A stretch of DNA of 64,000 nucleotides from the human T2T-CHM13v2.0 reference genome, Homo sapiens. The stretch lies in NCBI RefSeq assembly GCF_009914755.1, contig NC_060929.1; one strand, given 5' to 3'. Of this stretch, positions 26,108-42,846 are shown piece by piece (position 1 is the first letter of the stretch; every line of letters begins with the position of its first letter). The notes under the pieces are model-generated. The model was not told where the DNA came from. It ran no database searches and saw nothing but the letters and a program-made list of their open reading frames with translations. A program made the translations under genes and the position numbers.

Positions 26108-28538
26108 TAAAAGCAGCTGGATAAAATATACATGCTAATTACAGAGAAATAAAAAGAAGAAATACAACTAATGTTTCTTTAAAGTAATGAAAGAAAAAAA
26201 TCCAACCAAGAATCCTATACCCAGAAATATTATGTTTCAAAGGTTAAAGCAATCAAGATTTTCTTTATATACTACTATATTGATATGGGGAAAAAAGACA
26301 AGTTGCAAATTGCCAATATCAAGAATGAGATAATGGCATCACTGAAGTTATTAAAAGGACAACAAAAAGACATACTACAAACAATTATATGTCAATTAAT
26401 TTAAGAATTTGGATTAAATAAACAAATTCTATGAAAGACAGAAACTACCAAATATCTTAGAAGAAGAAATCAAGGAATTTAACGTCCCAATATCTATTAA
26501 ACAAATTGAATTTGCATTTAAAAAGTTCAACAAAGGAAATCTAGACACAGGTTTCACGAGTTAATTCTTCCAAATATTGTAAGAAGAAATCAAACAAATA
26601 CTACACAAACTCTTCCATGAATTTGAGAGTGATTATTCCTCAGTTTATTTTATGAGACAGGTATTACCTTGACAAATATATCACCAGACACATATATTAC
26701 CAGACACTGATATTACAAATCAAATATAACAGTTTCAAATAACATGCTAGCAAATCAAATCCTATAGCTCTTACAAACAAAAAGAAAGAAAAGAAAAGAC
26801 AGTGCATTAAGATAAAGATAGCTTATTTCAGGAATGCAAGCTAGATTTCTCACAGAAAAAAATCAATCAAAATGATACTCTACATATAACAAACTACTAA
26901 AGCTCAATATAGTTTTTTATAAAGGGGCTTTAATAAAACCCACTATACATTCCTAATGAAAATTCTCAAGAAATTAGAAATAGAAGAGAACTACAGCAAA
27001 CTGACAAAGGGCATCTACAAAATGCCAAAAGAAAAATTATAGTTCATGGTGAAAGATACAATGTTTTTCTTTCACCCTAAGAAGAGGAAAAAGCGGGGTA
27101 TATTTGCTCTCATTAATTCATTCAATAGTGTACAGGGGTTTCTTGCCCATTAAATAAAGAAAGAAAAAGAATACTGGGCAACCAAATTAGAAAAGAAGAA
27201 ATAAAAAGTTATTTTTTTCCACAGGTGAAATGATTATCCATGTAGAAAAATTGATTGAAACTATAAAAAAGTAGTATACTTAATAACAAGTAAATTTGCA
27301 AGATATAAAATCAAACACAAAGAAAATCCATTTATTTTGTGATATCAACAAAGACTCAGAACACAAAATGTCTTGCCATTTATAACGAAATTAAAAATAT
27401 GAAGCATTTAAGGATAAATCTGATAAAATATATAAAATATCTGTACTATAAAAACTATAAAACAGTGATGAGACTAATTAAATAACACTTAAATAAAATG
27501 AGAGCAAAACCTTGCTCCTGTGTCAGATGTAACACGTTTAAGATATCAATTTTTCACAAGTTCATCTACAGATGCAACACAATTCCAATTGAAATTCAAG
27601 TAAACTTTTCCTAGAAACTGGCAAACTAAAAATAAAATTCACATGAAAATTTGAAGAATATGGAATAGTCAAATCATAATAACTATAACAAAACTAAAGA
27701 AAAATAACACTATCTGATTTGAAGATTTATTATTAACCTACATTAAATAAGAGACTATGGTATTGGCATAAACATAAACACAAATAGATCAATAGAACAT
27801 CACAGACAGCCTAAATAGGTGCAATTATATATGGGAAATTGATTTTTGACAAACATGCCAAGACAATTACTGGAAAATGGTAATCATTGTAACAAACAAT
27901 TCTAGGAAAAAAATCGATCTATATCTTGAACCTTACAAAAATTAACTCAAAGAGGGTCATAAACATAAATGGAAAACCTACGTCAACCCTCCCACAATAA
28001 AACATAAGATAAAATGGTTGTGATCTTGGGTGAAGCAAAGATATATAAGGTTCAACTTCAAAATAATATAATTTCTATATGTATCTATCTGAGATATATG
28101 ACAAGAAATCAAACAGCACGTGATAAACTGAGAGAAATTATTTGCAAACCATTTTTCTTAGAAAGAACTTGTATTCAGAATTTAAATAGAAATCTCAGCT
28201 TCATAAGGAAGTAAGCCAGTACAAATTCGGGAATAATTTGAACAGCCATTTTTCCAAAGAAGATATATGTAGGCAAATATGCACATGAGATTAATTGTTA
28301 AGAAAATACAAAATAAAACTGCAACGAGATACTTTTACAACTGTTAAAAGGGCTAAAGTTGAAAAGATCTAACATACCAAGTTTTGACAAAATTGTACAG
28401 AAACTTGAACTCTCATACCCCACTGGTGGAGATGTAAAATGGTATATTCACTTCAAAAAGCAGTTAAACATATATTAAAAATATGATGTAGCTATTCCAC
28501 TCCTTGGCATTTACACAAAAGAAAAGAAAGTATGTGGC

Positions 28539-28820
28539 CATATAAAGGCTATGAATGTTTAGAGTTGCTCTATTAGACATAGGCAAACACTGTAGACAAT
28601 CCAAATGTCTCTTGATAGATGCATGCTAAACAAACAAACAAAAAACTATGCTGTGATTAAACATATAAAGGCTATGAATATTTCCATATAAAGGCTATGA
28701 ATATTTCCATATAAAGGCTAGTAATGCTTAGAGCTGTTTATTTATCATGGGAAAAATCTGTAAGCAACTCAAATACCTCTTGATAGATACATGCTAAGAA
28801 AACTATGCTCCAATTAAACT
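28539..28820. repeat. Complex local tandem duplication (~120-bp pair plus 23-bp unit x2.5)
   Basis: catataaaggcta at 28539, 28662, 28685 and 28708; 'ctcttgatagat(g/a)catgctaa...aactatgct...attaaac' occurs twice. Confidence 0.85.
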
Positions 28821-28976
28821 GTGGTATACTTGGTTTTCCAAGTGAAATAAATGGAATATAATTTGGCAATAAAAAGAATGAACTATTGATACATGCTATC
28901 ATATGGATATATCTAAGTAATAATGATGCTTAACACAAGGAACTAGGGAAAAAACAGTATATACTGAATAATTCTA

Positions 28977-29303
<327 letters not shown>

Positions 29304-29883
29304 AAGAAGTTCCGGTAAATGCAAAGTAATTTATATTACCAGACACAGGTTAAGGAGATGAGAGGCAGAAAGGATTATGAAAGAAGGAATTGCAAAATAA
29401 AAGAAGCTTTTTCAGATAGTGAAAATATATACTACTTTGTGCTGATGACTTCATGTCTATATTTATTTCAAATTGCATCACATTTTGCACTCTCAATATT
29501 TTTTAGTTTATGCATGTCAATAATACTTTAATAATGTTAAAAATATTTATAGTTAAGTGAGAATATGAAGATGCTTGACAATCTTTCAAAATGTATCTTT
29601 ATCTTCTATTAACTTCTACCACTGTTGCTTGCTTTTTGTTTAATTAAGAGTCTCCTGGATCTGGGCCTTAAGAAATTATTATCTGGCTACAATGATGCAC
29701 ACATGTTATGAGGTAAAAAAGTGTTGAAATAAAAAAAAAATAAACAGAGAATATAGACTTCCGAAAAGGAAAATTTACTAAGTGAATTACACTAAATTGA
29801 AGTGGCATAATAGAAAAATATGTACTAGAAGATAATATATGTATTTTAGAACAAAAAAGACAAAAATAGTTAAGAATAATATG

Positions 29884-29993
29884 TAAATGATGAGTTAATG
29901 GGTGCAGCAAACCAACACGGCACACGTATACATATGTAACAAACCTACATGTTGTGCACATGTACCCTAGAACTTAAAGTATAATTAAAAAAA
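29884..29993 (+). mobile_element. L1PA4-6-like extreme 3' end (~110 bp)
   Basis: 'atgggtgcagcaaaccaac...tgtaccctagaacttaaagtataa' plus poly(A); perfect 12-bp TSD aagaataatatg (29872-29883 / 29994-30005). Confidence 0.93.
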
Positions 29994-30964
29994 AAGAATA
30001 ATATGATTACTAATGCTAAAGGAAAACAAAACAATAGTGGATATCCAAGTTTAGACTTAATACATTAGTTTTTATCAAATTAAATTTTAGCAGTACTAAA
30101 AAAAAGTTGGCAATTAGAAACTGATTTGATCAAAAAATCAAAATATGATTTTTGATTCATACTGTAAGTATCAATTGAGACAAAATATATGATAGTTTTT
30201 TATAGGCTGAAAACTGTGTGCATAAATTTATTTTCTAAATTTTATAAATTTGAAGAATGCATCACACATGTATTTTTAAAAGTATTAAAGACCAGACTTG
30301 ATAGATTACTAATTCTATACATACCTCAGCAAAATTTCATTACTTCCTTCTTTCAATTCTGTTTTAAATGCATTGCTTCAAGACTTGCAAGTATGCAATA
30401 ATATTTGAATGTATAGTTCAGACATATTTTGAAATATATTCTTTCTAAAGCAAAATATTCACAATAGTTCCTAATTATTCTCTTTTCTTCTTGAATCTAT
30501 TTTAATATCTGTAAAGTTTCATTAAAGCCATGCTTTCTTACATAGCTAGACGCTCTACCCAGTGAGCACTGAGGATGTATAATCTATTAAAGGCTCAGTA
30601 AGCTAATGTTTTATTCTCAAGTTCTGCTTTTTATTTTTGCTGCTTATTTGGGTGGGAAAAAAAAGAACCACTGCACCTTAGGAACAGAGACCACCTTAGG
30701 AAGAGAAATGTATTCTGAAAAAGTTTGATGATATAGAAAAAACATGAATAAAGCTAAAAGAGTAGAGTTACAGACAGATTTATATATTCATCAAATGGTG
30801 AAAATGGCAATTATTATATTTTTCTTTTTTTATTTATGTAAATAAATTACCAAATTAGAACAATTTCAAAGCATTTATCCTCATTTCAAAAATATGAGAA
30901 AACAAAACATTGTATTTACAGTCTTCCTCTGTGTAATGGATATGAACACAAATATAAAAAAGTG

Positions 30965-31150
30965 TCTTATTTATGGAATTCCTTAATATGTGTCAAGTAT
31001 TACGTTATTAACTTCTTGTAAAAGTGTCAAAACAACTTTTTTTATAAATAGGTGAGACTAGGCATAATTTTCTTAACTTTAGCAGCAAATAATTACTAGA
31101 ACTGGGGTTTGAACCCAGGCCTCAGATCTCTCTGACATCAAAACCTAGCT
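30965..31150 (-). mobile_element. MIR relic
   Basis: 'tagaactggggtttgaacccagg...tctgacatcaaaacc'. Confidence 0.6.
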
Positions 31151-31392
31151 TCAAGCATATATTCTTCATATTACGCCAGTCCTAACAGCAGACGAGAGGC
31201 TTGGTGGAGTGCCTGACCATGGTGTGAGTGTGTATGTGTGCACATGCTTGGGTTAATGGCTGAAAGAGCTCTATGGACTTAGGGATGATGTTGCAGAGGT
31301 GCTCTGATGGCAAACGTGAGGCTCTACCTCCACAAGGATGATTATTTGTAACTCTTCAGAGATGAATATATATGTATTAAGATATAGAAATC

Positions 31393-31739
<347 letters not shown>

Positions 31740-31959
31740 TCAGAGGCACTGTGCAAACTCTCAATATTTGCAGCTAAATCTGATTTCTGGAAAAAATAGG
31801 CATAAAAAGTTGAGGAAATGAAAGCTACAACACGTGTCAAGTACACATAGGATAAATAAAGGCAAAATTAAAAACAATAATTTTCTCCTGTAAAGTTTTG
31901 GTTGGATGAGTTTTAAATTATGAGGAGATGTAAAATATAACTTTACAATGGAAATAAAA

Positions 31960-32395
31960 GTTTTTTAAATTTTATTCTTTTCTGAATATCATAATAATTG
32001 TATATATTTATGAGGTACAATCATATTTTGATATATGTTTACAATGTGGAATGGTTAAATTAGGATAATAAACAAACTTATCACCTAACGTGATTATCAT
32101 TTGGTTGCGGCAAAAACATTTAAAATGTACTGTTTTAGCATTTTTGAAATATACAATGCATTATTATTTATTACAACATCTCCCTTTTCCCTGTCCACTC
32201 CTTCAGCCCGCAGCCTCTGGTAACCATCACTGTACTGTATACTTCTATGAGTTCAACTTTTAAAGATTGCACATATCAATGAGATCATATGATATTTGTC
32301 TTCCTGTCCCTGGCTTATTTCTGTAATACTGTCTCTCAGATTCATCCAAGTTGTCCCAAATGACAGGATTTCTTCCCCCACTTTTAAGGCTGATT
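31960..32395 (-). mobile_element. L1MA-type 3' end
   Basis: 'ataattgtatatatttatgaggtacaa...cagcctctggtaaccatc...ctatgagttcaactttt...ttgtcccaaatgacaggatt'. Confidence 0.82.
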
Positions 32396-32419
32396 CTAGG
32401 TTTTGGGTTTCATTGAGGG

Positions 32420-32420
<1 letters not shown>

Positions 32421-32477
<57 letters not shown>

Positions 32478-32480
32478 GTA
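32421..32480. repeat. Poly(A) followed by (TA)n
   Basis: Direct reading. Confidence 0.9.
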
Positions 32481-32754
32481 AATGGACTAGCTATCCAAGA
32501 ATTACCAGTCTATTTTCACAAATAAAGATATTATGAAAAGCTTTTTTTACAGTTGTGTTTGCTTTAAAACCATTTTTTAATTAGAAAAATCCACTGAAGC
32601 TGCGTAGACAGCAAAACATGATCCCATAACAATATTTAAATATTCTATGCTTTATTTCTGACCTAATCTTTCTCTTGTCTTTCAAACTGAAACCATTCTA
32701 CTTTGCCATTTTTAGTAAATTCTTCATTGAAATCAAGCAAGAAAACAATCATCA

Positions 32755-33145
32755 CTGTATTACTTATGATAAGGTCAGCTTTTGTAGTAAGATTAATTCT
32801 AAATCTTACAATGGTTCAAATACAATTCATGTTTAATTGTTGCTCACATGAAAGTATTGGGCAAGTAAGTAGATATGTGGGTTAGCCCTCTTCTATCCAG
32901 TGGCTCAGGGAATCAGTGTATCAAAAGCTTTGTTCTATTCAATAAATGGATTCTAAGGTCTTCCTGGGTGTAGTCTCTCTTCTAGTTAGATAGCCAGAAT
33001 TTGAAGCTGCCTGGAGAAACAGGCATAGGAGTTGTCCATAGGCTGTGCCTGGAAGAGGACATCTCACTTTTGTTCACATTTAATGTGTTATAACTTTGTA
33101 AAGTTACCTAACTAGTCCCAATTTGGGCAGTCAATTAGCAGCAAA
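32755..33145 (-). mobile_element. Old MLT1J/K/L-type LTR relic
   Basis: 'ttgctcacatg...cagtggctcagggaatcag...gcctggaagaggacatctcacttttgttcacatt' pattern. Confidence 0.5.
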
Positions 33146-35249
33146 ATCCTACATAAAGGATTATTAGTGGACAATCACATTCTATTTGTAATTCAGATTT
33201 AACTGAATATTGTGGCAAATATGTTTTATTCACATATTTTAACAAATTATTTTATAACAAACCTATATATCAAGAAATTTATATCTAAATAAATTAGCAT
33301 GAATCACTAGAAAACAAAGACATTTTTTCACATGATGAACAGTATGACACCATTATTACATTTAATAAAATCATCAGTGATTCTATGTTATCATCTAGCT
33401 CGCTGTGAAATAGAAATATCTTTGTCTCCAAAATGTATGTTTACATTTATGTTGTTCCAAAAAAGAGTCCTAGCCACCCAAAAAGCCAATTTTTTTATTA
33501 TGGTCTTTTGAACTTTTATGATTATACAATTTAATGTTTTAAAATATTATAAAAGCATAACTCATAAATGAAAAAAATACATTACAATAAACCCAGCAAT
33601 TATATTTATCATTGTAGCCTAGACTAGTGAAACTTTATAATGGAAAGGCACTAGCTCAAGGATTGGCACTTGGGAACCTCCACTTCAGTCCCACCACTAA
33701 TTATCATATAATGAATGAATCAGAGGCCCAGAAAAAGTACACTATTTACACAAGGTCACCCAGCTCATAAGAGTCAAAATGCAGACAGATCTGTATGCTC
33801 AGACCTCTGGACTTTCAGTTGAAAATTTTTGACATTCCTGAGTTAAAAATGTATGAAGACTGATTGAAATATTGAGTATTACATAGTATTTATATATTTT
33901 GCTTAGAAGATATATATGCCAAATATTATGATTTTAACATATGATTGAAAAAGACAAATAAATATCACCAACAAAAAGTTGTCACATACAAATGATTTTA
34001 TAACAACCTCCGCTGAAGGTGGCTGAATTTTATGTTTGAAATTTCATGTTGCATGATCTAACTTAATGTGATAAAGAAGTTTTCAGAATAAGACTGTCAA
34101 AGAAAGCAGTGACACAAAAGCATGAGCTACACATTTTGTTCTGTTCAAAAAACTATTTCTGACATCATAATGAGTTCTGCAGGGAGATTATTAGACTTAT
34201 CATCTTGTAATGATGAGAATTCGTTGCCATCGTTGTCCAGCAATGTCTTGAACTCAATGTCTCCAGCTCATATGACCATATGCCCATATTGAACTAACCT
34301 CATCATTGCAACAGTAGAAAAGAACAACCAAATATATTTGAACAAACCCTCCTCTTCCAAATTTCTCAAAAAATCTTGACTTCTTATTGGTTTGTTTTTA
34401 AAAATTTAAGTAATAACTTAAGCCTAAAAAATTGACAATTTCATGTTTTGGACTCATAAAAATAAAGTAATAAAGTATGATTATGATAAATAGTTGAAAA
34501 TATTACATGTTGTCTTGACAGTTTATGATTTTCAAAATTTGAATTGTATGTGATTTGACAAAATGTATTATTTTGTTATCAAATACATGTTGTTGCTTGT
34601 AATGTCTTTTCCTCTGCATTCAACTTGAAAAATTATATGCCAGTAAGATAAATAAAGATCCTAGTGAAACAATCTCCTAAATCAAGGAAAGAGAGAGAAA
34701 GAAACAGACATATCTAGTTTGTCTTTTCTTTATTCTATTCAGCCTTTAAACAACAGATTTAATGTCTGAGTTTAACTGCAAAAAATAATAGTTCACAAGA
34801 AACCTCCAAACTTAAAAATCTTATATTTGACTTGGTATCCCTCTTGCTGATTTACTGGCACCCAAGAGTTGCATTAAATCAGAAGCTAACAGCCATTTTT
34901 TAGTAGATATGTCCTCAGTTCTATAAAATGGCTTTTCTTTTCCTTGCAGAGCAGGCTTAATAAATAAAACCCTCTTTCACACTGGAATTAGACCCAAACT
35001 TTATTTTACCTTCATACAAAACAATCTGGATACACCATTTCTGAAATAATGTTGAAAAAGATGGCATTATATTGTAGCACATTCCAGTTTGAAGCGAGTG
35101 AAGCTGTATCAAAAGAGGTTCTAAATCATTTTTATATCCCCATAAATATGCCTGAATTCAAATCCAAGAACAAATATTATGAAAAACAATGTATTTATTG
35201 AGGTACAACAGGAATTACAGCACAGGGTAAGGCAAAAAGAAAATAGCTG

Positions 35250-35480
35250 TCAAACAGCCCAGTTGTGATACGAGAGAAGGTTCTAAAATTATAGCCAGAA
35301 AACCTGAGTGTGAATGCCCACTTGATCTAGATTGAGTTGTTTAATAAGTTCTTCTCTGAAGAAATCAGAAAAGTAATACCTTTCTTATCAGATTTTGAGA
35401 ACAATCAAAGAGATCACTAACCTAAATTGCAGTGCCTGGCACAGAGCTTGGCATTGTAATTACTCAAAAATGCTCATAAA
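35250..35480 (+). mobile_element. MIR relic
   Basis: 'agccagaaaacctgagtgtgaatgcc...aagtaatacct...agtgcctggcacagag'. Confidence 0.55.
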
Positions 35481-36519
35481 GTTGAAGGATATGATTTGAG
35501 ATAAGTCAGTGCCCCCTATTAAAATACACCATACCACACATAAAAACACGCATATAATGCACAATAAAAACCTGTAGAGCACTATTGTAGCACAGAAATC
35601 CTTAGTATTTGTTGTCACTCCTTGGAAAGTATGGTCTAAGTAGCTTTTAATCTTAACTGTGCTATGATACAGATTTTCAGAAGGGAGTAATATATACCTA
35701 ATGTAGCAAGAGCTAATGTTAACATGATTTTTGCTTTGTAAGCCCTTAAGCAGAAAGGGACAGTGTGATGCTGAGATGTTGTGATTATTATTGTCCTTGT
35801 TTTAATGGAGGACCATGTTGATTGATGGCTAGCTGAAGAAAGACTACCACAATTTGTGGAAAGAGAAGCAAGCAGTAGCATATAAAATTATGGAAAATGT
35901 TATCTACAGATTCATAAGGTGTTGCTAAATACAAAAGTAGTAGGACCAAACAACTACTTACTGCACAGTTTGTCTTTGAGTTAATTATATAATGTATCAA
36001 ATTAAATACACAGAAATTAAGTCAGAAAATATGTACAGAGGCCATGCTATTCTTTTATAAAACCACCTTATAAAAATCCTCTCTCAGTTGCACAAACTTT
36101 ATTCTAGTGACTATTCATTATTTTTGTATATCAATGATGGCTTACTGTAATTAGTAAACCAGTTACAAACACAGCTGTGTTTTCCAAATGATCCATATTT
36201 CAGTATGATTTGTGTCTATCCCTTTGTTGTTGTTTTTATTTATTCGAAACTCTTTTAAATAGCAGATCTGTTGAGAATTTAATCAAAGGTATAAAACTCT
36301 TGGCAGGAAAAAATTCATAAAGAAGCAACATTTTGAACATGCTTTGAAGGTATTTGAAATAGGATTTCTTCTATTTTACTTGAGAGAAAAATGCAGGAAG
36401 TAAAAATGCAAGCAAGATGATAATGTATTAATAATTAAGAAGAAACCAATGGCTTTGATTACCAGATCACCTCAACCATGATGCATTTATGGGTGAATAA
36501 AACTATATACATCCCACAT

Positions 36520-36670
36520 TCATGATGGTTAAGAGCAAGGAATCAGTTCCAGAAGAACTCACAATTAATCAAGTTAGTTTCCTCATCCATAAAACAAACA
36601 TGATACCTGTTTAACTGGATTATTCTAAATATTAAATGAAAGTGTATATCCAAATCACATAATAAATTGG
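36520..36670 (+). mobile_element. MIR relic
   Basis: 'atggttaagagcaagg...agtttcctcatccataaaac...attaaatga'. Confidence 0.5.
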
Positions 36671-37267
36671 TTTGAAATTGGCATCTCATATTTTTATGCA
36701 TAACATGAAAATACCTAGAATTTGAGAAATCTTGCTTTCCTTGATTTTCAAAATCAAGGCAACATCCCATGATAGGTTAATCAGCTACTACAACTCCTGG
36801 CCACTCAGCTCTTTTCCTCATGCTCAGCTCACCCCTGATATCCTTCTTTCTGGGTTTCTCCCATCTCCTCATCCACAGGAGCCATATCAACCACAGTTCA
36901 TTCATTCACAATTAATGCCTTCCCAACCATGCAGCCTAACATTTTGTTAATCCTATAAACCAGTTCATGCAAATGGACCAAGAATAAAGATGCTGTTCCT
37001 TCCCTACCCCTCATCAGATCTCAGCCTCCTGATACTCCATGAGTATTTTTGGAGGTATATTCTATAAAATTGGCCCTTCATTACTTTCCCTCCTTAGTTC
37101 AATATAATTAGTATATATGAATCTATCTTTTGCTAAGTAATGTTAACTAGCCTTGGGGGAAGGCAGGTTCAACAGAGCAGGCAAAAAAGTAAAATGTAAA
37201 AATAAATATGGTAAAGACACTTTCCTTGATATGGTTAGTTAACTACAGTTGTTAAGACAGCAGACTA

Positions 37268-37636
<369 letters not shown>

Positions 37637-39159
37637 TCAAAACAAAACATTTTGCCACTCTGATTTGTCAATAATAGATAGTAGTTAAATAATTAGTAGT
37701 AGAAAAAGTTACAAGGAATTTTAATTAAAGTGGAAGATCACATATTTAGAAACAAGAAAATTTATGAGAAAATTTGCAATTAGCTCAAACAAGACTATAC
37801 CGCTAAAATATCTATCCACATTTTTCTAATAAATAATTATTTTACTTCACAATCTTCCAAAAATATAAACATTATTTGTTTATAAACACACACTAGTTTT
37901 CCATTAATTTATATTAAATGTGAAGTGTGTGATCAGTGAATTTTTTTGAAGTCTCATAGAAGGTTACTTTTCAAAGAAATTGAAGATTTTGGTAAGACTT
38001 AAAATACTGAGGTGATAGATTTACTGCTGACTGGATCTGGGTTATTTCTTCAGTGAGACATGTTTCAAACAGCTGACACTGTTGAGTAAGCAAAAGAGAC
38101 GCTTGACTTTAAGCAACATGAATAATACTGTTCATCAACAAATGTGCAAGATACTTGAAAGTGCATAATCACATTCTTTCTCATAAGCTGTCAGCTTGAT
38201 TCTGTCCCCCAGAGGATAACAAGTCTTTATAAATCTACCATGGCTATGTGACAAGGGAAAACGTTCATCCAAGACACAAGCACAAATTCTCCTTGCCATG
38301 GACCTCTGCACCCAAACTAGCAGCAGCAGAAGTAATTGAGGGCCACTTTTCTCATAAACAGAGAATTCTCTGATGCCATTTCCAGAGCTACTTATTTAGG
38401 AAACAGAGTATATACCTCTCAACAACTCTATCTAGAAACCAGAGTTTTTACCAGGTTCAAACCAAACAAAAATAAGTCAACCCTGTGTGACCTTCTGCAG
38501 GCAGAGGCTCCATGCTGATTGTTGGATGGCATTTGACAAGTTTCACTGCTTTGTACTTAAAAATACAAGCATAAGCGAACGTTGAACTTAATATGATTAT
38601 TTTTGTTTCAGTTGATATTTTAAAATAACACCATTTCAATTTTATCCACAGTTCTTCTAGAAAGTAATCACACCTATATCACAGTGTAATTTTGAGGAGT
38701 AAATGAGTTTACAAACACAAATCACTTACTGGATGCACTAAATAAATATTAATGACTACAGAATTACAGCCTATTACATATTGCCGTGTGAGGTTATACA
38801 ATAGGCTTAATTTTTTCATGTAGTAACTTAGGGAATACCTATTGGATTAAGAAAGTCATATAGAAATAAACACAAAGAAAAACAAAGTATTATTGGAAAA
38901 GTACAGCAAAGTATTTATCTTTGTTTCTAATATCAACTGTACAAAAATAGATATGTTAGTATTCAGCATTTTTCTGAAGACAAAAGGGAAGAGCAAATAT
39001 TAAATAATGTGATCAAGCAAAATTCATTATGTGATTTTTTAAAATTATTTTTAAAACTTCATCAAAATGGTGTAAGTTTTTAGTATAAACCTGTATAAAT
39101 TATGTACTGACATTCATTTCTTTTAAATAAATAAATTTTTTTATTTAATTGCCTACTAA

Positions 39160-39505
<346 letters not shown>

Positions 39506-39999
39506 TAAAACTTATAATGCAGTTTATGGCTCTACTTCGCTAAAAAAATTAACAAGCATCTTTTGAATTCTATTGTAAAGACAAATCAATCATTAATTTA
39601 AAGTGAAAATGTGCCTTTCTGAGAATTTTTTGTCTGGAGAAAATTTTGATGAAATATTTACTGTTATCGGTTATAAATGAGAAGAAGAGTGTGACCATTC
39701 TTCAGAAACGAAAGCCCACATCCTTAACTAGGAAACTGCTGGCTCCCACATTGGTAATTTTTTTTTTTAAGGTTGTAAATTGAGATGAAAATTACAAACA
39801 TGACTAACCAAAATAGTAGAAAAAAATTTCCTTTTTCAGGGATATTAACATCAAGTCTGTCTTCACTGATTGAACGCTCTTGATATTTAAGCTCTCAGAA
39901 TGTTATATTTTACAATGCCACTTCAAGAATAACTTAAAAGAGCCAAAGATTACGTGAGATTTAATGTAAAGTCAACATAAAGACATGGTTAGGGCTTAA

Positions 40000-40419
<420 letters not shown>

Positions 40420-40726
40420 TTTTTTTTTTTTTTTTTTTTTCGAGATTTAATCTTGTTCTGTCGCCCAGGCTGGAGTGCAGTGGTGCCATCTTGCGGCTCA
40501 CTGAAACCTCTGCCTCCTGGGTTCAAGAACGCTATCTTACCTCAACCTCCTGAGTAGCTGGGATTACAGGCGCATGCCACCACACCCAGATAATTTTTGT
40601 ATTTTTAGTAGAGACAGGGTTTTACCATGTTGACCAGGCTGGCCTCCACCTCCTGGCCTCAAGTGATCCGCCCGCCTTGGCCTCCCAAAGTGCTGGGATT
40701 ACAGGTGTGAGCAATGGCGCCCAGCC
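40420..40726 (-). mobile_element. AluSx/Sz-like
   Basis: Full antisense dimer; degenerate TSD gacaattttattt / gacaaatgcattt flanks the Alu pair. Confidence 0.92.
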
Positions 40727-41926
40727 AGACAAATGCATTTAGATAAAAATTCAGTAAGTGAACAGTGTCATCAAATTCTTCCCCTTTACATTGCATGTAA
40801 CTCTGTTAATTTGACTTAAAGCCATGGAAACTTGAACTAACATAAAAACTGAGCGGTAACTGAGCTTTAACTTGTAAGATAAAATTTGTGATGTTCTACA
40901 AGCTCTGCTATAACCCCTTCTGAAATTGTGCTAAGAAACTTAGCTCTAACATGCAGAAAAAAATGTTTGGTATAAATATAATTCTGTGTACAATTACCTA
41001 CAGACTTAGGGATGGTGCTGTAAAATTTAAACATAATAAATAATTTAATAATAAATCATAATTTTTTAATTTTTAAAGTTATGAATTTTTCATTTGCATT
41101 CTGGGACAGGAAGGTTGATGCAATTTTTTTCACAAAACACACCCACCCACTGTATTTTTGCCATAATGAAGAATAATGCTCACACCGATAGATAAAATTA
41201 TGCTTATCTGTAATAACATGATTGATTGATTAGATAATTAAGCCATGTATGCTACAAAATCTTTCATAATATGCTTTTTATATCTTGTTTATTGTTACAA
41301 CATGTTTTCCTGCATCCAAAAAGTATTTTCAAACAAAAAAATTGTATTTGCAATAGGGATATGTTCTGAGCCTATGTAATAGAAACATTCAACCTTGCTA
41401 AGAGTTTGTAATGTAATCAAGGTTGGAGTATTTTGAGGAGCATTGAAGAAACATGCAGTGGTGGGGGATGAGGCAGGAGGGAGCTACAGTTAAAAAGTGG
41501 ATGGCCTTGTATCTTTGGATTGAATGGATTGTAATTTGGTTTATATTTTGCTGTTGCTGCATTGCATTTCATATATTACCAAAAGGAAAGATCCGTATTT
41601 CAAATTAATGTTCAAAAATAATAATGAGCACATTACATGAAAAAATAGATCTGATTTGAGAATATCTAATGTTTTGCAATACCAGCACTTGTAATTTTTT
41701 TCATTTATACAAATAATGAGAATTCCATACCACATATACATACTAATCTAAAAAGTTAGGAAACTATATAGAATATGCGTGATGAAGTGTACTTTACACA
41801 AAGTAAGTTCAAACAGTATATTTGATTTAATACTTGCTTTCTTATATTTCATTTTTGGATAAAAATTCAAATACTTATGCAGCTGTTTTTTATTATGCAA
41901 GGCAACTGTATATAAAAAATATTAAT

Positions 41927-42198
<272 letters not shown>

Positions 42199-42476
42199 TC
42201 ACTCATCAAAATAGTGAAAGGTATATTTTATCAACTATCAATTTATATTTTTCAATATTGACACCTATTATAATTAGTTGGTATTCAATGATAAGGGCTT
42301 TTGTGTTAGTAAACATTATCAGTAAAACAGATTTACACAGGTAAATGATTATAATAGGAACAGTTATATCTCTACATTTGAACTACAACAAAATTCTAGT
42401 AACACCTCTAAAAGTTGGCATAATGTCAATGCAACTTTGCTGGTCCTATGTCTTATGACATTTAAAAACTGTACCA

Positions 42477-42768
42477 AGCCAGGTACAGTGGCTCAAACCT
42501 GTAATCCCAGCACTTTAAGAGGCAGAGGCGGGCGGATCACGAGGCCAGGAGATGGAGACCACCCTGGCTAACATGGTGAAACCCCGTCTCTACTAAAATT
42601 ACAAAACATTAGCCGGGCGTGGTGGTGGGCGCCTGTAGTCCCAACTACTTGGGAGACTGAGGCAGGAGAACTGCCTGAACCGGGAGGCGGAGCTTGTAGT
42701 GAGCCGAGATTGTGCCACTGCACTCCAGCCTGGGCAACAGAGCGAGACTCCACCTCAAAAAAAAAAAA
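42477..42768 (+). mobile_element. AluY-like
   Basis: Full dimer with 'ctggctaacatgg' and 'gcggagcttgtagtgag'; TSD aaaactgtaccaa / aaaagtgcaccaa. Confidence 0.92.
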
Positions 42769-42846
42769 AAGTGCACCAATAAGAAAATGTTTAATTCATT
42801 TGAGAAAACAATAGGTTAAATAATATTCCTTAAAAGAATAATTTTA

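Noticed and set aside
28662-28720. 23-bp repeats as a CRISPR-like array
   Set aside because: The units are head-to-tail with no spacers, lie inside L1 sequence in primate DNA, and have no cas genes.
39840-39953. Possible + strand exon (tttttcag ... gtgaga)
   Set aside because: Stops in all three frames and a weak donor; no other support.
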